From a bacterium (GTDB taxonomy: Bacteria; RBG-13-61-14; DATKZS01), in contig CAXXFL010000006.1 in NCBI GenBank assembly GCA_963674965.2, positions 608,001-672,000 of the forward strand: a stretch of 64,000 nt of DNA. The letters are read 5' to 3'. Numbering within the stretch: the stretch's first letter is position 1; the number at the start of each line of letters is the position of its first letter. Positions 50,823-60,022 of this stretch are shown here, in pieces. The position numbers were made by a program, and so were the translations under genes. Below the pieces are notes generated by a model. The model was not told where the DNA came from and ran no database searches. It saw only the letters and a list, made by a program, of their open reading frames with translations.

Positions 50823-52076
50823 ATGGGACCACCAGGCAAATCCGGCCGCCTTCGCGAGGCGATCAAGGGCAACGTTCTAGCTCTCGGTCTCGTCAGTTTT
50901 TTCACCGACGTCTCGAGCGAGATGATCTACCCTCTCCTTCCCGTTTTCATGACCGGCCTGGTCTCCGCGTCCGCGGCCGCGATATACGTGGGCCTGATGG
51001 ACGGCGTGGCGGAGAGCGCCTCGAGTCTTCTCAAGATTTTCTCGGGCGGTCTGAGCGACCGCATGGGCAAGAGGAAGCCCCTGATAACGGCGGGATATTT
51101 AGTATCCGCGATCAGCCGCCCGCTTATGGCGCTTGCCGCGGCCGGGTGGCAGGTCATCGCCCTCCGGTTCATGGACCGCCTGGGCAAGGGCACGCGGACC
51201 TCGGCCAGGGACGCCCTTATAGCCGAGTGCACAAAGGAGGATTGCCGCGGCGTGGCCTTCAGCTTTCACCGCATGATGGACCACGCCGGCGCGGTGACGG
51301 GTCCTATCGCGGCGGCGGCTGTTCTGTACGCTTTTCTCGGTTACGGCTTGTGGCGCGGGCGCTCCTCGGCGGCTAGCGCGGAAGAGATGGAGGCCATGCG
51401 TATTCTCTTCGCATTGGCCCTCATTCCCGGCGCGGCGGCCATGGCGGCCATATTCTTGATGGTCAAGGAGACCGGGGGGGAAGAAGCCCCAGATGATGAT
51501 TCTCTCGAGGTCTTGGAGGCATCCTCGGCGAAGCCTTCTCGACGGTTTTATCATTACCTCCTGGCCGTGACCGTTTTCACCCTTGGCAACAGCTCGGACC
51601 TTTTTCTGGTGTTTCTCGGCCGAACGCGCTTCGACCTGGGCCTTGGCCAGACGCTTTTTCTCTGGCTCGGGCTTCACGTCTCTAAAATCATCTTCAGCCT
51701 GCCGGGCGGAAGGCTGGCCGACGACCGCGGACGAAAAACCGCCATCCTGGCGGGCTGGTCGATCTACGCCGCCGTTTACGCCGGGCTGGCTTTTTCCTCC
51801 AGCCTTTTCTCCTTCCTTGTCCTTGTCTTTATTTACGGGGCCTATTACGGAATGACCGAGGGCGCCGAGCGGGCCTTCGTGGCCGACCTGGTTCCCAGAA
51901 AACAACTGGGAAAAGCCTACGGACTCTACCACGGGGCCGTCGGCATAGCCGCCTTGCCCGCCAGCCTCGTGTTCGGACTTTTCTGGGCCAGCCTTGGCCC
52001 GACCGCGGCCTTCTCCATAGGAGCGGCCCTGGCCCTGGCCGCCTTTATTATCCTTGCCGCTTTAAGGCGGGCTTGA
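50823..52076 (+). CDS. MFS transporter
   Basis: GLVSFFTDVSSEMIYP, LSDRMGKRKP, DRLGKGTRTSARDALI. Confidence 0.9.
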   Translation: MGPPGKSGRLREAIKGNVLALGLVSFFTDVSSEMIYPLLPVFMTGLVSASAAAIYVGLMDGVAESASSLLKIFSGGLSDRMGKRKPLITAGYLVSAISRPLMALAAAGWQVIALRFMDRLGKGTRTSARDALIAECTKEDCRGVAFSFHRMMDHAGAVTGPIAAAAVLYAFLGYGLWRGRSSAASAEEMEAMRILFALALIPGAAAMAAIFLMVKETGGEEAPDDDSLEVLEASSAKPSRRFYHYLLAVTVFTLGNSSDLFLVFLGRTRFDLGLGQTLFLWLGLHVSKIIFSLPGGRLADDRGRKTAILAGWSIYAAVYAGLAFSSSLFSFLVLVFIYGAYYGMTEGAERAFVADLVPRKQLGKAYGLYHGAVGIAALPASLVFGLFWASLGPTAAFSIGAALALAAFIILAALRRA

Positions 52077-52475
52077 ACCTTCACTTCGATTCTTGCCGTT
52101 GTCCTCTTTGATTTTTTACCGAGGCCAGATACAAAGCATGGGAGTCAAAGTCGCTCGGGAATCCGTTCGGAACATTGGACGCGCGATGCATTATGAGCGT
52201 CCGGGCATTTACCCGAGACATGGTCATAACGTCCGTTATAATCATAACGGATAAAGCTTAAGCGCGGATATTTTGTCGCATTCTTGCATCCTTATTCACC
52301 TGGAGGAAATTGGCGGGCAAAGGGGGGATCAAAGATTTAATTCCTGCATATTACGTCGGCACGACTTACAGTTTATTATCCTTTTTATACGGTTATTTAC
52401 ATTATTTTCAAGTTGGTTTTAATTACTATATAGGTTAATACAATTATATTTTTCCAATAACCTATAAAAATATCC

Positions 52476-52504
52476 TTGACATCATTATCAAGTTGATGTA
52501 TATA
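52476..52504 (+). promoter_or_regulatory. Putative sigma70 promoter with overlapping inverted repeat
   Basis: TTGACA-17 nt-TATATA; ACATCA-N9-TGATGT at 52479-52499. Confidence 0.45.
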
Positions 52505-52796
52505 GATTATCAGTATCAGTAAAATATATCAAAATTTTATCAATTATAATCCATCTTAACAAAACCGCTATATAATTTCTTTGAATCTTTTATCGGTTAT
52601 CCGCGGCGGATACGGCAGAAGCGCTTTGGTTTAACGTCACACGCCCTGACACGCTATGAAAGTCTCCGGCTGGCCATGTTCGGAGGAAGGGAAGGTTGCG
52701 CCCCAAGGGCCTTGTAACAATCGACGTCGTCAACATGTAAATTGGAAAAAGACTTAGGAGCGATTTCACAAAACTCATGAAGAAAGGGGATTTATC

Positions 52797-53888
52797 ATGA
52801 AGAAACAAAAAGTCAGCAAGTATTTTTCTCTCGCGGCCCTGCTATTTTTGGCCGTAGTATTCTCGTCAGCCTGCGCGCCTCCGTTTTTCGTCAGTACCTC
52901 GGCTGAATCTCCCGTGGAAGTGGGACCCGGCGCGGCGTTTTTAGCCGGATTATTTGGCGACATGACCAGTAAGTATCAAGTTGACGGCACGATGAACCAA
53001 GGCGCGCAAAAAACGGGCGAAGATTTCTGCCTGTACATCGATATCGGAGGCAGCGGAGAGCGCGACCTATTGGTCTGGGACGGAACGGACTGGCAGAACG
53101 TGACCGACGACGACGACGCGGCTGAGGCCCTCGACGCGATCGTGGACAACGGATATATCCATTTCAAGCCCGACCTGGACCTCTCAAGCGTGTACATTTA
53201 CTGGGCCGATTACTCGACCTCGACTCCCGAACTCTGCATCGACGTCTCCGACATTGACGAGATCGCCGGCTACGAGGAAACCCTCTACACGGTCATAGTC
53301 GAAAGCAAGGACGCTAGCGACCATGATATCTGGAGAGTGGATACCGGCTCCAATAACTTTTACATGGCCCCGGATCGGAGGTTCTATTTCAGGGCCGGAA
53401 AAAACTCGGACACTTCCTTACCCGTGGTGAAAGACCTGAACTTCGAGTGCGACGACAGCGAAAGAGTAGATATAAATTTTTCCCCTCAAATCACCTTTGG
53501 CGAAACCATGGGAGCCCTGTACGCCTTTCTGGTGGATGAGAATGGAAAAGGTTTTACTCTCGCCAATTCAGGCCATTCGATTTCCAGCGGAGACCATACT
53601 TACTGGTGGGCCCTTCCCGCCGACAGAGATTTCAACCAGATACTGCTTGAATACGACACTCAATACAAGTTCGTCATTTGGGATAAAAACAACAGCACAA
53701 CCTTGGACCCGAGTCTCATTCCGCCAAACCTGCCGCTTTCCCAGGACATGAACGGGAACGTCATATACGATCAATACAACCTCCTCGAGGGCCCCATTGA
53801 TATTAACGACATTGATGGGCCGGAACACGACGATATCGGCATTCTCGTCTACTACCAGTGCTTCTATACTATAGAGGAGCCTGAGTAG
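52797..53888 (+). CDS. Acidic hypothetical lipoprotein
   Basis: MKKQK..AVVFSSAC lipobox; Asp-rich mature part. Confidence 0.7.
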   Translation: MKKQKVSKYFSLAALLFLAVVFSSACAPPFFVSTSAESPVEVGPGAAFLAGLFGDMTSKYQVDGTMNQGAQKTGEDFCLYIDIGGSGERDLLVWDGTDWQNVTDDDDAAEALDAIVDNGYIHFKPDLDLSSVYIYWADYSTSTPELCIDVSDIDEIAGYEETLYTVIVESKDASDHDIWRVDTGSNNFYMAPDRRFYFRAGKNSDTSLPVVKDLNFECDDSERVDINFSPQITFGETMGALYAFLVDENGKGFTLANSGHSISSGDHTYWWALPADRDFNQILLEYDTQYKFVIWDKNNSTTLDPSLIPPNLPLSQDMNGNVIYDQYNLLEGPIDINDIDGPEHDDIGILVYYQCFYTIEEPE

Positions 53889-53916
53889 CGACCGGCAATA
53901 GAATAAAATATCCTTT

Positions 53917-53952
53917 GAAAGGGGCGGACCAAAGCGTTCGCCCCTTTCTTTC
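53917..53952 (+). terminator. Rho-independent terminator
   Basis: GAAAGGGGCGGAC-CAAAGC-GTTCGCCCCTTTC-TTT. Confidence 0.8.
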
Positions 53953-54076
53953 GACCTCACGCGTGAAGGGACCTAACTTCCCTTGGAAATCTCCGAGTTT
54001 AGGTGGTATATCTAAATATTATCCTCATATTCCAATTCCGCGAAGGCGGAAAGTTCGGTTTTGTCGGGAGAATTAC

Positions 54077-55402
54077 ATGGCCCTGAGAAATATTTTCAAG
54101 AAGAAGAAAAAAAACGCTTCCTTTGTCATCGGGCTTGACGGGGTACCCCACACCCTGGTGCAAAGGTTCGTCAAGGACGGGACCTGGCCCTTCATGGCCA
54201 AACTGGCCGAGGCGGGCTCCCTCCATAAAATGAAGGTGACCCTGCCCGAGATAAGCGCCGTGAGCTGGCCCAGCTTCATGACCGGCTCCAACCCCGGCGT
54301 TCACGGTATCTTCGGTTTTACCGAGCTTGACGGCGGCTACGGCATGCGCTTTACCAACTTCACCGACCTCAAGGCGCCGACCATTTGGGACAAGCTGGGG
54401 GAGAGAGGCAAAAAGAGCGTCGTAATCAACCAGCCCGGCACCTATCCGGCCCGGGACATCCCCGGGGTCCTTATCAGCGGCTTCGTGGCCATCGAGCTTC
54501 ACAAGTCCTTGAAGCCCCTCAAATACCTGGCCCTTCTCCGCCGCTTGAACTACGAGATCGACATTGACACCCAAAGGTGCAGGCGCGACCACAACCAGTT
54601 GTTTATCGAGCTTAATAAAACCCTGACAAGCAGGAGGAAAGTCATCGAGGAGCTGTGGAAGTCCGAGGAATGGGACTTCTTCCAGGCCGTGGTCACGGGC
54701 ACGGACCGGCTCCAGCATTACATCTTCAGCGCCATCGAGGACCCGGGCCACGAAAGACACGGCCAAGTCATGGACTACTATCGCAAGATAGACGACTTTA
54801 TCAAGGAAAACTGGGAGAGGCACAACTCGACCATCGACGTCAGCCGGGAGGGCGAGGGCTTCTTCCTCCTTTCCGACCACGGGTTCTGCGCCATCAAGAC
54901 CGAGGTTTACTTAAACGCGTGGCTTAAAGAACAAGGATACCTGGCGTTCGAGAACGACGACCCCAAAAGCATGGAAGATATCACCGCCGACTCGAGGGCC
55001 TTTGTCCTGGACCCGGGCCGCATATACCTCCACCTGGAGGGAAAGTATCCCAAGGGAAACGTCAAGGGGTCCGAGGCCGGCCCTCTTCTTAAGGAGCTGA
55101 AAGAAAAACTCCTTTCCCTGTGCTACGATAATAACGGGATACTCGAGGACGTGAAGACCAGGGAGGAGGCCTATTCGGGACCGGAGGCCGCGAACGGTCC
55201 CGACCTCGTGTGCGTTCCCAACCACGGCTACGACCTTAAAGCGGCCGTCGGAGCCAAGGAGGTCTTTTTCAGGACCGACCTGACGGGCATGCACACCTGG
55301 GACGACGCCTTCTTCTGGGCCCTTGACGACCACGGCCAGGACATGGAAATAACCCGGCTGGCCAATATTGTTACGAAACCTCTTGGGGTGGGGGAACTCT
55401 AA
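54077..55402 (+). CDS. AlkP-superfamily phosphodiesterase/nucleotide pyrophosphatase (COG3379-like), no signal peptide
   Basis: VIGLDG, PEISAVSWPSFMTG.NPG.HGIFGF, TDRLQH, SDHGF, GMH. Confidence 0.88.
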   Translation: MALRNIFKKKKKNASFVIGLDGVPHTLVQRFVKDGTWPFMAKLAEAGSLHKMKVTLPEISAVSWPSFMTGSNPGVHGIFGFTELDGGYGMRFTNFTDLKAPTIWDKLGERGKKSVVINQPGTYPARDIPGVLISGFVAIELHKSLKPLKYLALLRRLNYEIDIDTQRCRRDHNQLFIELNKTLTSRRKVIEELWKSEEWDFFQAVVTGTDRLQHYIFSAIEDPGHERHGQVMDYYRKIDDFIKENWERHNSTIDVSREGEGFFLLSDHGFCAIKTEVYLNAWLKEQGYLAFENDDPKSMEDITADSRAFVLDPGRIYLHLEGKYPKGNVKGSEAGPLLKELKEKLLSLCYDNNGILEDVKTREEAYSGPEAANGPDLVCVPNHGYDLKAAVGAKEVFFRTDLTGMHTWDDAFFWALDDHGQDMEITRLANIVTKPLGVGEL

Positions 55403-55484
55403 AATACTAAGGACTTTAGCGAGAAAGCCTTGAGCCCTCTCGCGAGGAAGCTAATATCATTCGGCATTAATAGGGGAGATAGGT

Positions 55485-57719
55485 TTGCCTTCCAAATTCT
55501 TATTTTATAGGCCGAGATTTATCCTGGCCGCGCTGGTATTGCTAGCGGTCCTTTTCCAGGCCTCTTTGGCCGGCGCCTATATCGGACCAGGGGCCGGGTT
55601 TGCCGTGGTCGGGTCCTTCATGGCCTTTTTCTTTGCCTTTTTATCGGCCCTTCTTTCCATGCTGGTATGGCCGGCTCGGGCGCTTTACATTTTTATCCGG
55701 CGCAAACTTCTCAAGCTACGGCCCCAGGTCAAAAGGGTAATAGTCCTGGGCCTTGACGGCCTGGACCCCAGGACCGTGCATAAGATGTTCCAGGAAGACA
55801 AGCTGCCTAACCTGAAAAAGCTGAAAGAAGAAGGATACTTCAGGCCCCTGAAAAGCACGACCCCATCCATCTCCCCCGTGGCCTGGTCGACCTTCATGAC
55901 CGGAGTCAATCCGGGAAAGCACGCCATCTTCGACTTTTTGGCCCCGGACAGAAAAGCCTATCTCCCGGTCCTCAGTTCCTCCAAGATCGGCAACGTGGAA
56001 AGGACAGTGAAAATCGGCAAGTACGTCATCCCCCTGGGAAGCCCCGAGATAAGGCTCCTCAGAAAAAGCGCGCCCTTTTGGAAAATACTGGGGGACAACT
56101 TTATCTTCTCCCAGATTCTGAGGGTCCCCATTACCTTCCCGCCCGAGAAACATTACGGGACCAACCTGGCCGCCATGTGCGTGCCCGACCTTCGAGGCTC
56201 CCAGGGCAGCTTCACCTATTTCACCAGCGCCAAGGGCGAGAACGCCAGACATACCGGCGGCATCCAGGTCACCCTCGAGTCCGACGGCAACGGGGGCTTT
56301 GTCTGCGACCTGCCCGGCCCGGATAACCCTCTGGTTCCCGGCGTTGGCGAGATGAAGATTCCCCTCAAGCTGAAAAAGGAAAAGGACGACTGGAAGCTGA
56401 TCCTTCCCGACGCCGAGGTCGCCCTGGCCAAGGACAAATATACGGACTACGTCGATCTCACGTTCAAAGCGGGCCTGGGAGTGGCGGCCAGGGGCATCGG
56501 GCGCTTTCGGCTGCTGGCGACCGAGCCGGACCTCGAGCTGTACCTTACGCCCATCAACATCGATCCCAGAAGCCCGGCCATGCCCATATCTCATCCGTCC
56601 TTTTTCTCCAGCTATATCGCCAAGCTGCAAGGTCCCTACGCTACCCTGGGGCTCAACGAGGACACCTGGAGCCTGAACGAAAGGGTACTCGAGGAAGGCG
56701 CTTTCCTCGAACAGGTATGGGACATACATGAGGAACGGGAAAAGATGTTCCTCCGCGCCATCGACACCACCAGCAAGGGATGCGTGGTATGCGTGTTCGA
56801 CGCAACTGACCGCGTCCAGCATATGTTCATGCGCTACGAGCACCCGGACCACCCGGCCAACGCGGGCAAGGACACGCAAAAGTACAAGAACGCCATACCG
56901 GAGCTTTACGAAAGGGCCGACGAGCTGGTGGGCAAGGTCATGGCGAAAAGGAGAAAGGGCGACGTCCTGATCGTGATGAGCGATCACGGGTTTACCAGCT
57001 TCAAGCGGGGCATGAACCTTAACTCGTGGCTGTGGAAGGAAGGATACCTGGCCACCAGGGACGGAAAGCCCTCGGGCGAGCTTTACGAGAACGTGGACTG
57101 GGAAAATACGCGGGCCTACGCTCTGGGCCTGGCCGGAATGTTCCTCAACCTGAAAGGCCGGGAGGCCAGGGGCGTGGTGGAAAAGGACGAGGCCCAGGCC
57201 CTTAGGGCCGAGATAGCGGCCAAGCTCGAGGGGATCGAGGACAAGGAAGGCGGCGGCGTGGCCATCGAGAAGGTCCACCTGTCGGGCGACGCCTACTGGG
57301 GGCCCTACGCCGGGCAGGGGCCCGACCTGGTCCCCGGCTTCCGGCCGGGATGGCGGGTAAGCTGGGACGGGGCCATGGGCGTGGTCAACGACGTGGTCTT
57401 CGAGGACAACTTAAAGGCCTGGAGCGGCGACCACTGCGTGGACGAGAGGTTCGTGCCCGGAGTGCTCTTCTGCGACCGCGACCTCGAGTGCAAGACCCCC
57501 TGGATAGGGGACGTGGCCCCCACTATCCTCGAGTGGTTCGGAGTGCCCATCCCGGCCCATATGGACGGCAAGTCGCTTCTTCATCCTCGCCATGAAGAAA
57601 CAAAGTCCGACAGTATAAAAGAAAAAGCGGGGGAAAACCTCGAAATAAATCAAGACAACGGAGAAGACGCGCCCGCGGCCGCCATATCGAGCGCGTCAAT
57701 AAAAGACGAGGCCATCTAA
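55485..57719 (+). CDS. COG3379-like phosphodiesterase with N-terminal signal, AYIGPGAG motif and TM anchor
   Basis: TTG start with GGGGAG RBS; VLGLDG, PSISPVAWSTFMTG, TDRVQH, SDHGF, WSGDHC. Confidence 0.88.
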   Translation: MPSKFLFYRPRFILAALVLLAVLFQASLAGAYIGPGAGFAVVGSFMAFFFAFLSALLSMLVWPARALYIFIRRKLLKLRPQVKRVIVLGLDGLDPRTVHKMFQEDKLPNLKKLKEEGYFRPLKSTTPSISPVAWSTFMTGVNPGKHAIFDFLAPDRKAYLPVLSSSKIGNVERTVKIGKYVIPLGSPEIRLLRKSAPFWKILGDNFIFSQILRVPITFPPEKHYGTNLAAMCVPDLRGSQGSFTYFTSAKGENARHTGGIQVTLESDGNGGFVCDLPGPDNPLVPGVGEMKIPLKLKKEKDDWKLILPDAEVALAKDKYTDYVDLTFKAGLGVAARGIGRFRLLATEPDLELYLTPINIDPRSPAMPISHPSFFSSYIAKLQGPYATLGLNEDTWSLNERVLEEGAFLEQVWDIHEEREKMFLRAIDTTSKGCVVCVFDATDRVQHMFMRYEHPDHPANAGKDTQKYKNAIPELYERADELVGKVMAKRRKGDVLIVMSDHGFTSFKRGMNLNSWLWKEGYLATRDGKPSGELYENVDWENTRAYALGLAGMFLNLKGREARGVVEKDEAQALRAEIAAKLEGIEDKEGGGVAIEKVHLSGDAYWGPYAGQGPDLVPGFRPGWRVSWDGAMGVVNDVVFEDNLKAWSGDHCVDERFVPGVLFCDRDLECKTPWIGDVAPTILEWFGVPIPAHMDGKSLLHPRHEETKSDSIKEKAGENLEINQDNGEDAPAAAISSASIKDEAI

Positions 57720-57736
57720 TAAAAGAGGTATTTATC

Positions 57737-59803
57737 ATGTCCAATAAAAAAAGCTTCTCCTCATTTGGCCGCTTTATCCCGCCTCCGGCGTTCGTGATGG
57801 CAGGCCTTCTGCTGGCCCTGTCGCTGGTCGCCTCGTGCGGGACCAAGACCAAACCCACGGGCAAGAAGGTATTGATCGTGGGCATCGACGGCATGGACCC
57901 CCGCTTGGTGGACGAGTTCATGAGCCGTGGACTTCTGCCCAACTTCGAGAAGCTCATGAGCATGGGCGACTTTAAGCCCCTTACCAGCTCGATCCCGCCT
58001 CAAAGCCCCGTGGCCTGGGCCAACTTCATTACCGGCACCAACCCGGGAAAGCACGGAATATTCGATTTCATCCACAGGGACCCGGACACTTATATGCCCT
58101 ACCTCTCCACCAGCAAGACCGAGGGCGCCCCGGAGGACGACTCGATCGCGCTGGGAAAACGCGTGATCTGGCTAAAGGGAGGCGTGGCCGAGAACAAGGT
58201 CGCGGGCACGCCCTTCTGGGAATACCTGGCCGAGAACGGCATATGGGAGCGCGTGTTTAAGATACCCTCGAACTTCCCGCCCGCCGGGGGCGTGGGATGG
58301 TCCGGCTCGGGCATGGGCACTCCCGACATCCTTGGCACCTACGGCACCTTCACCTATTTCACCGACAACCCGCCCGAGCACCCGGACTCGATCGGCGGCG
58401 GCACCATCACTCCCGTGTACATGGTCGAGGAAAACGTGTTCAGGACCAAGTTCGTTGGTCCCACCAACACCTGGGCCCTCGACGAGAAAAGACCATATCT
58501 GGGAGGCGATAAAAGGAACTACGCCGACTCCGAGGTCCCCCTTACCATCTACGTGGACCCCGAGAACCCGGCCGTCAAGATCGAGTTCCAGGATAATGAG
58601 CTGGTCCTCAGTCAGGGCGAATGGAGCGGATGGCTACCCATCAAGTTCGACATGTTCCCCCCCTTCCTCGGCGCCAGGGGAATAGTCAGGTTCTACCTCA
58701 AAGAGGTCAGGCCCGACTTCAAGCTCTACGCCAGCCCCATTAACATGGACCCCCTCGAGCCACCCATGCCCGTCACCAACCCGCCCGAGTACGCGGTCGA
58801 GGTGGCCGAGAACTGCGGCTACTACTACACCCAGGGCATGCCCGAGGACACCAAGGCCAGGCAGGCGGACCTCGACATACTCAACGACGGAGAACTCTTC
58901 CAGCAGATGATGCTGATCCATGATGAAGATAAAAAGATATTCAAGTGGCACCTGGACCAGTTCAAGGACGGACTGCTCTATTATTATTTCGGCTCTCTCG
59001 ATCTTGGCACTCACATGTTCTGGCGGCTTCACGACCCGAGCCACCCGGCTTATGACCCCAAGTGGGCTAAAAAAATGGGGGACCCCGTCGAGAAGCTCTA
59101 CGTCATGATGGACAAGATCATAGGGACGGCCCTGGAGAGGACCGGACCCAACGACGTCCTGATAGTGATGAGCGATCACGGCTTCGCCTCCTGGGACAAG
59201 ACCTTCCAGGTCAACTCCTGGCTGCTCGAGAACGGATACCTTCGGCTCGAAAAGGGCGTGGACCGGGAAAAGGTCGCCTATTTCAGGGACCTCGATTCCG
59301 GCAAGTTCGGCGTCGACTGGTCCCGTACCATGGCCTACGGCATGGGAATCAACGGGGTGTACATAAACAAGCTGGGAAGAGAAGCCTACGGCGCCGTCTC
59401 GCCCGTCGAGTATCGAGAGTACGTGGACGAGATAGCCGAAAAACTCATGGACTACGTGGACCCGGCAACGGGAGAGAAGCCCATACTGGTGGCAGCCAAA
59501 AGCTACGAGACCTATAAGGGAGACGGCCTCGAACACGCGCCCGACATAGTACTGGGATTCAAACGCGGATACAGGGGTGGAGACGAGAGCGCCCTGGGCA
59601 AGTTCCCCAAGGAAATCGTAAGCCTAAATAAAAGCTCATGGTCGGGCGACCATTGCGTGGCCACCAGGGAAGTCCCGGGAATTATCGTGACCAACCAAAA
59701 GATAAGGAAACAAGACCCCGCCCTTATTGACGTGGGTCCCACGGTGCTGTCCATATTCGGGATTGAAAAACCCGCGCAAATGGACGGAGAGCCGCTTTTC
59801 TAA
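57737..59803 (+). CDS. COG3379-like phosphodiesterase, lipoprotein
   Basis: LVASC lipobox; VGIDG, PQSPVAWANFITG, SDHGF, WSGDHC. Confidence 0.88.
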   Translation: MSNKKSFSSFGRFIPPPAFVMAGLLLALSLVASCGTKTKPTGKKVLIVGIDGMDPRLVDEFMSRGLLPNFEKLMSMGDFKPLTSSIPPQSPVAWANFITGTNPGKHGIFDFIHRDPDTYMPYLSTSKTEGAPEDDSIALGKRVIWLKGGVAENKVAGTPFWEYLAENGIWERVFKIPSNFPPAGGVGWSGSGMGTPDILGTYGTFTYFTDNPPEHPDSIGGGTITPVYMVEENVFRTKFVGPTNTWALDEKRPYLGGDKRNYADSEVPLTIYVDPENPAVKIEFQDNELVLSQGEWSGWLPIKFDMFPPFLGARGIVRFYLKEVRPDFKLYASPINMDPLEPPMPVTNPPEYAVEVAENCGYYYTQGMPEDTKARQADLDILNDGELFQQMMLIHDEDKKIFKWHLDQFKDGLLYYYFGSLDLGTHMFWRLHDPSHPAYDPKWAKKMGDPVEKLYVMMDKIIGTALERTGPNDVLIVMSDHGFASWDKTFQVNSWLLENGYLRLEKGVDREKVAYFRDLDSGKFGVDWSRTMAYGMGINGVYINKLGREAYGAVSPVEYREYVDEIAEKLMDYVDPATGEKPILVAAKSYETYKGDGLEHAPDIVLGFKRGYRGGDESALGKFPKEIVSLNKSSWSGDHCVATREVPGIIVTNQKIRKQDPALIDVGPTVLSIFGIEKPAQMDGEPLF

Positions 59804-59827
59804 GGCGGGAACAAAGGGGAGGTATTA

Positions 59828-60013
59828 ATGCCTAAGGTAAAGATTTCCAAGGAGCTTTTCGCTCGGGTCAAGAAGTTCGCCGGCATGGCGGGCTACAGCT
59901 CGGTGGACGAGTTTGTCTCTCACGCCCTCGAGAAGGAAGTGAGCCAGCTCGAGGGGGCCGACTCGGAGGAAGAGATCAAGAAGAAGCTGCAAGGACTGGG
60001 TTATATTTCCTGA
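59828..60013 (+). CDS. Small ribbon-helix-helix (CopG-like) protein with C-terminal LxxLGY motif
   Basis: GGGGAGG RBS; KVKISKELFARVKK..GYSSVDEFVSHALE; EEEIKKKLQGLGYIS. Confidence 0.75.
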   Translation: MPKVKISKELFARVKKFAGMAGYSSVDEFVSHALEKEVSQLEGADSEEEIKKKLQGLGYIS

Positions 60014-60022
60014 GGTCACCAG

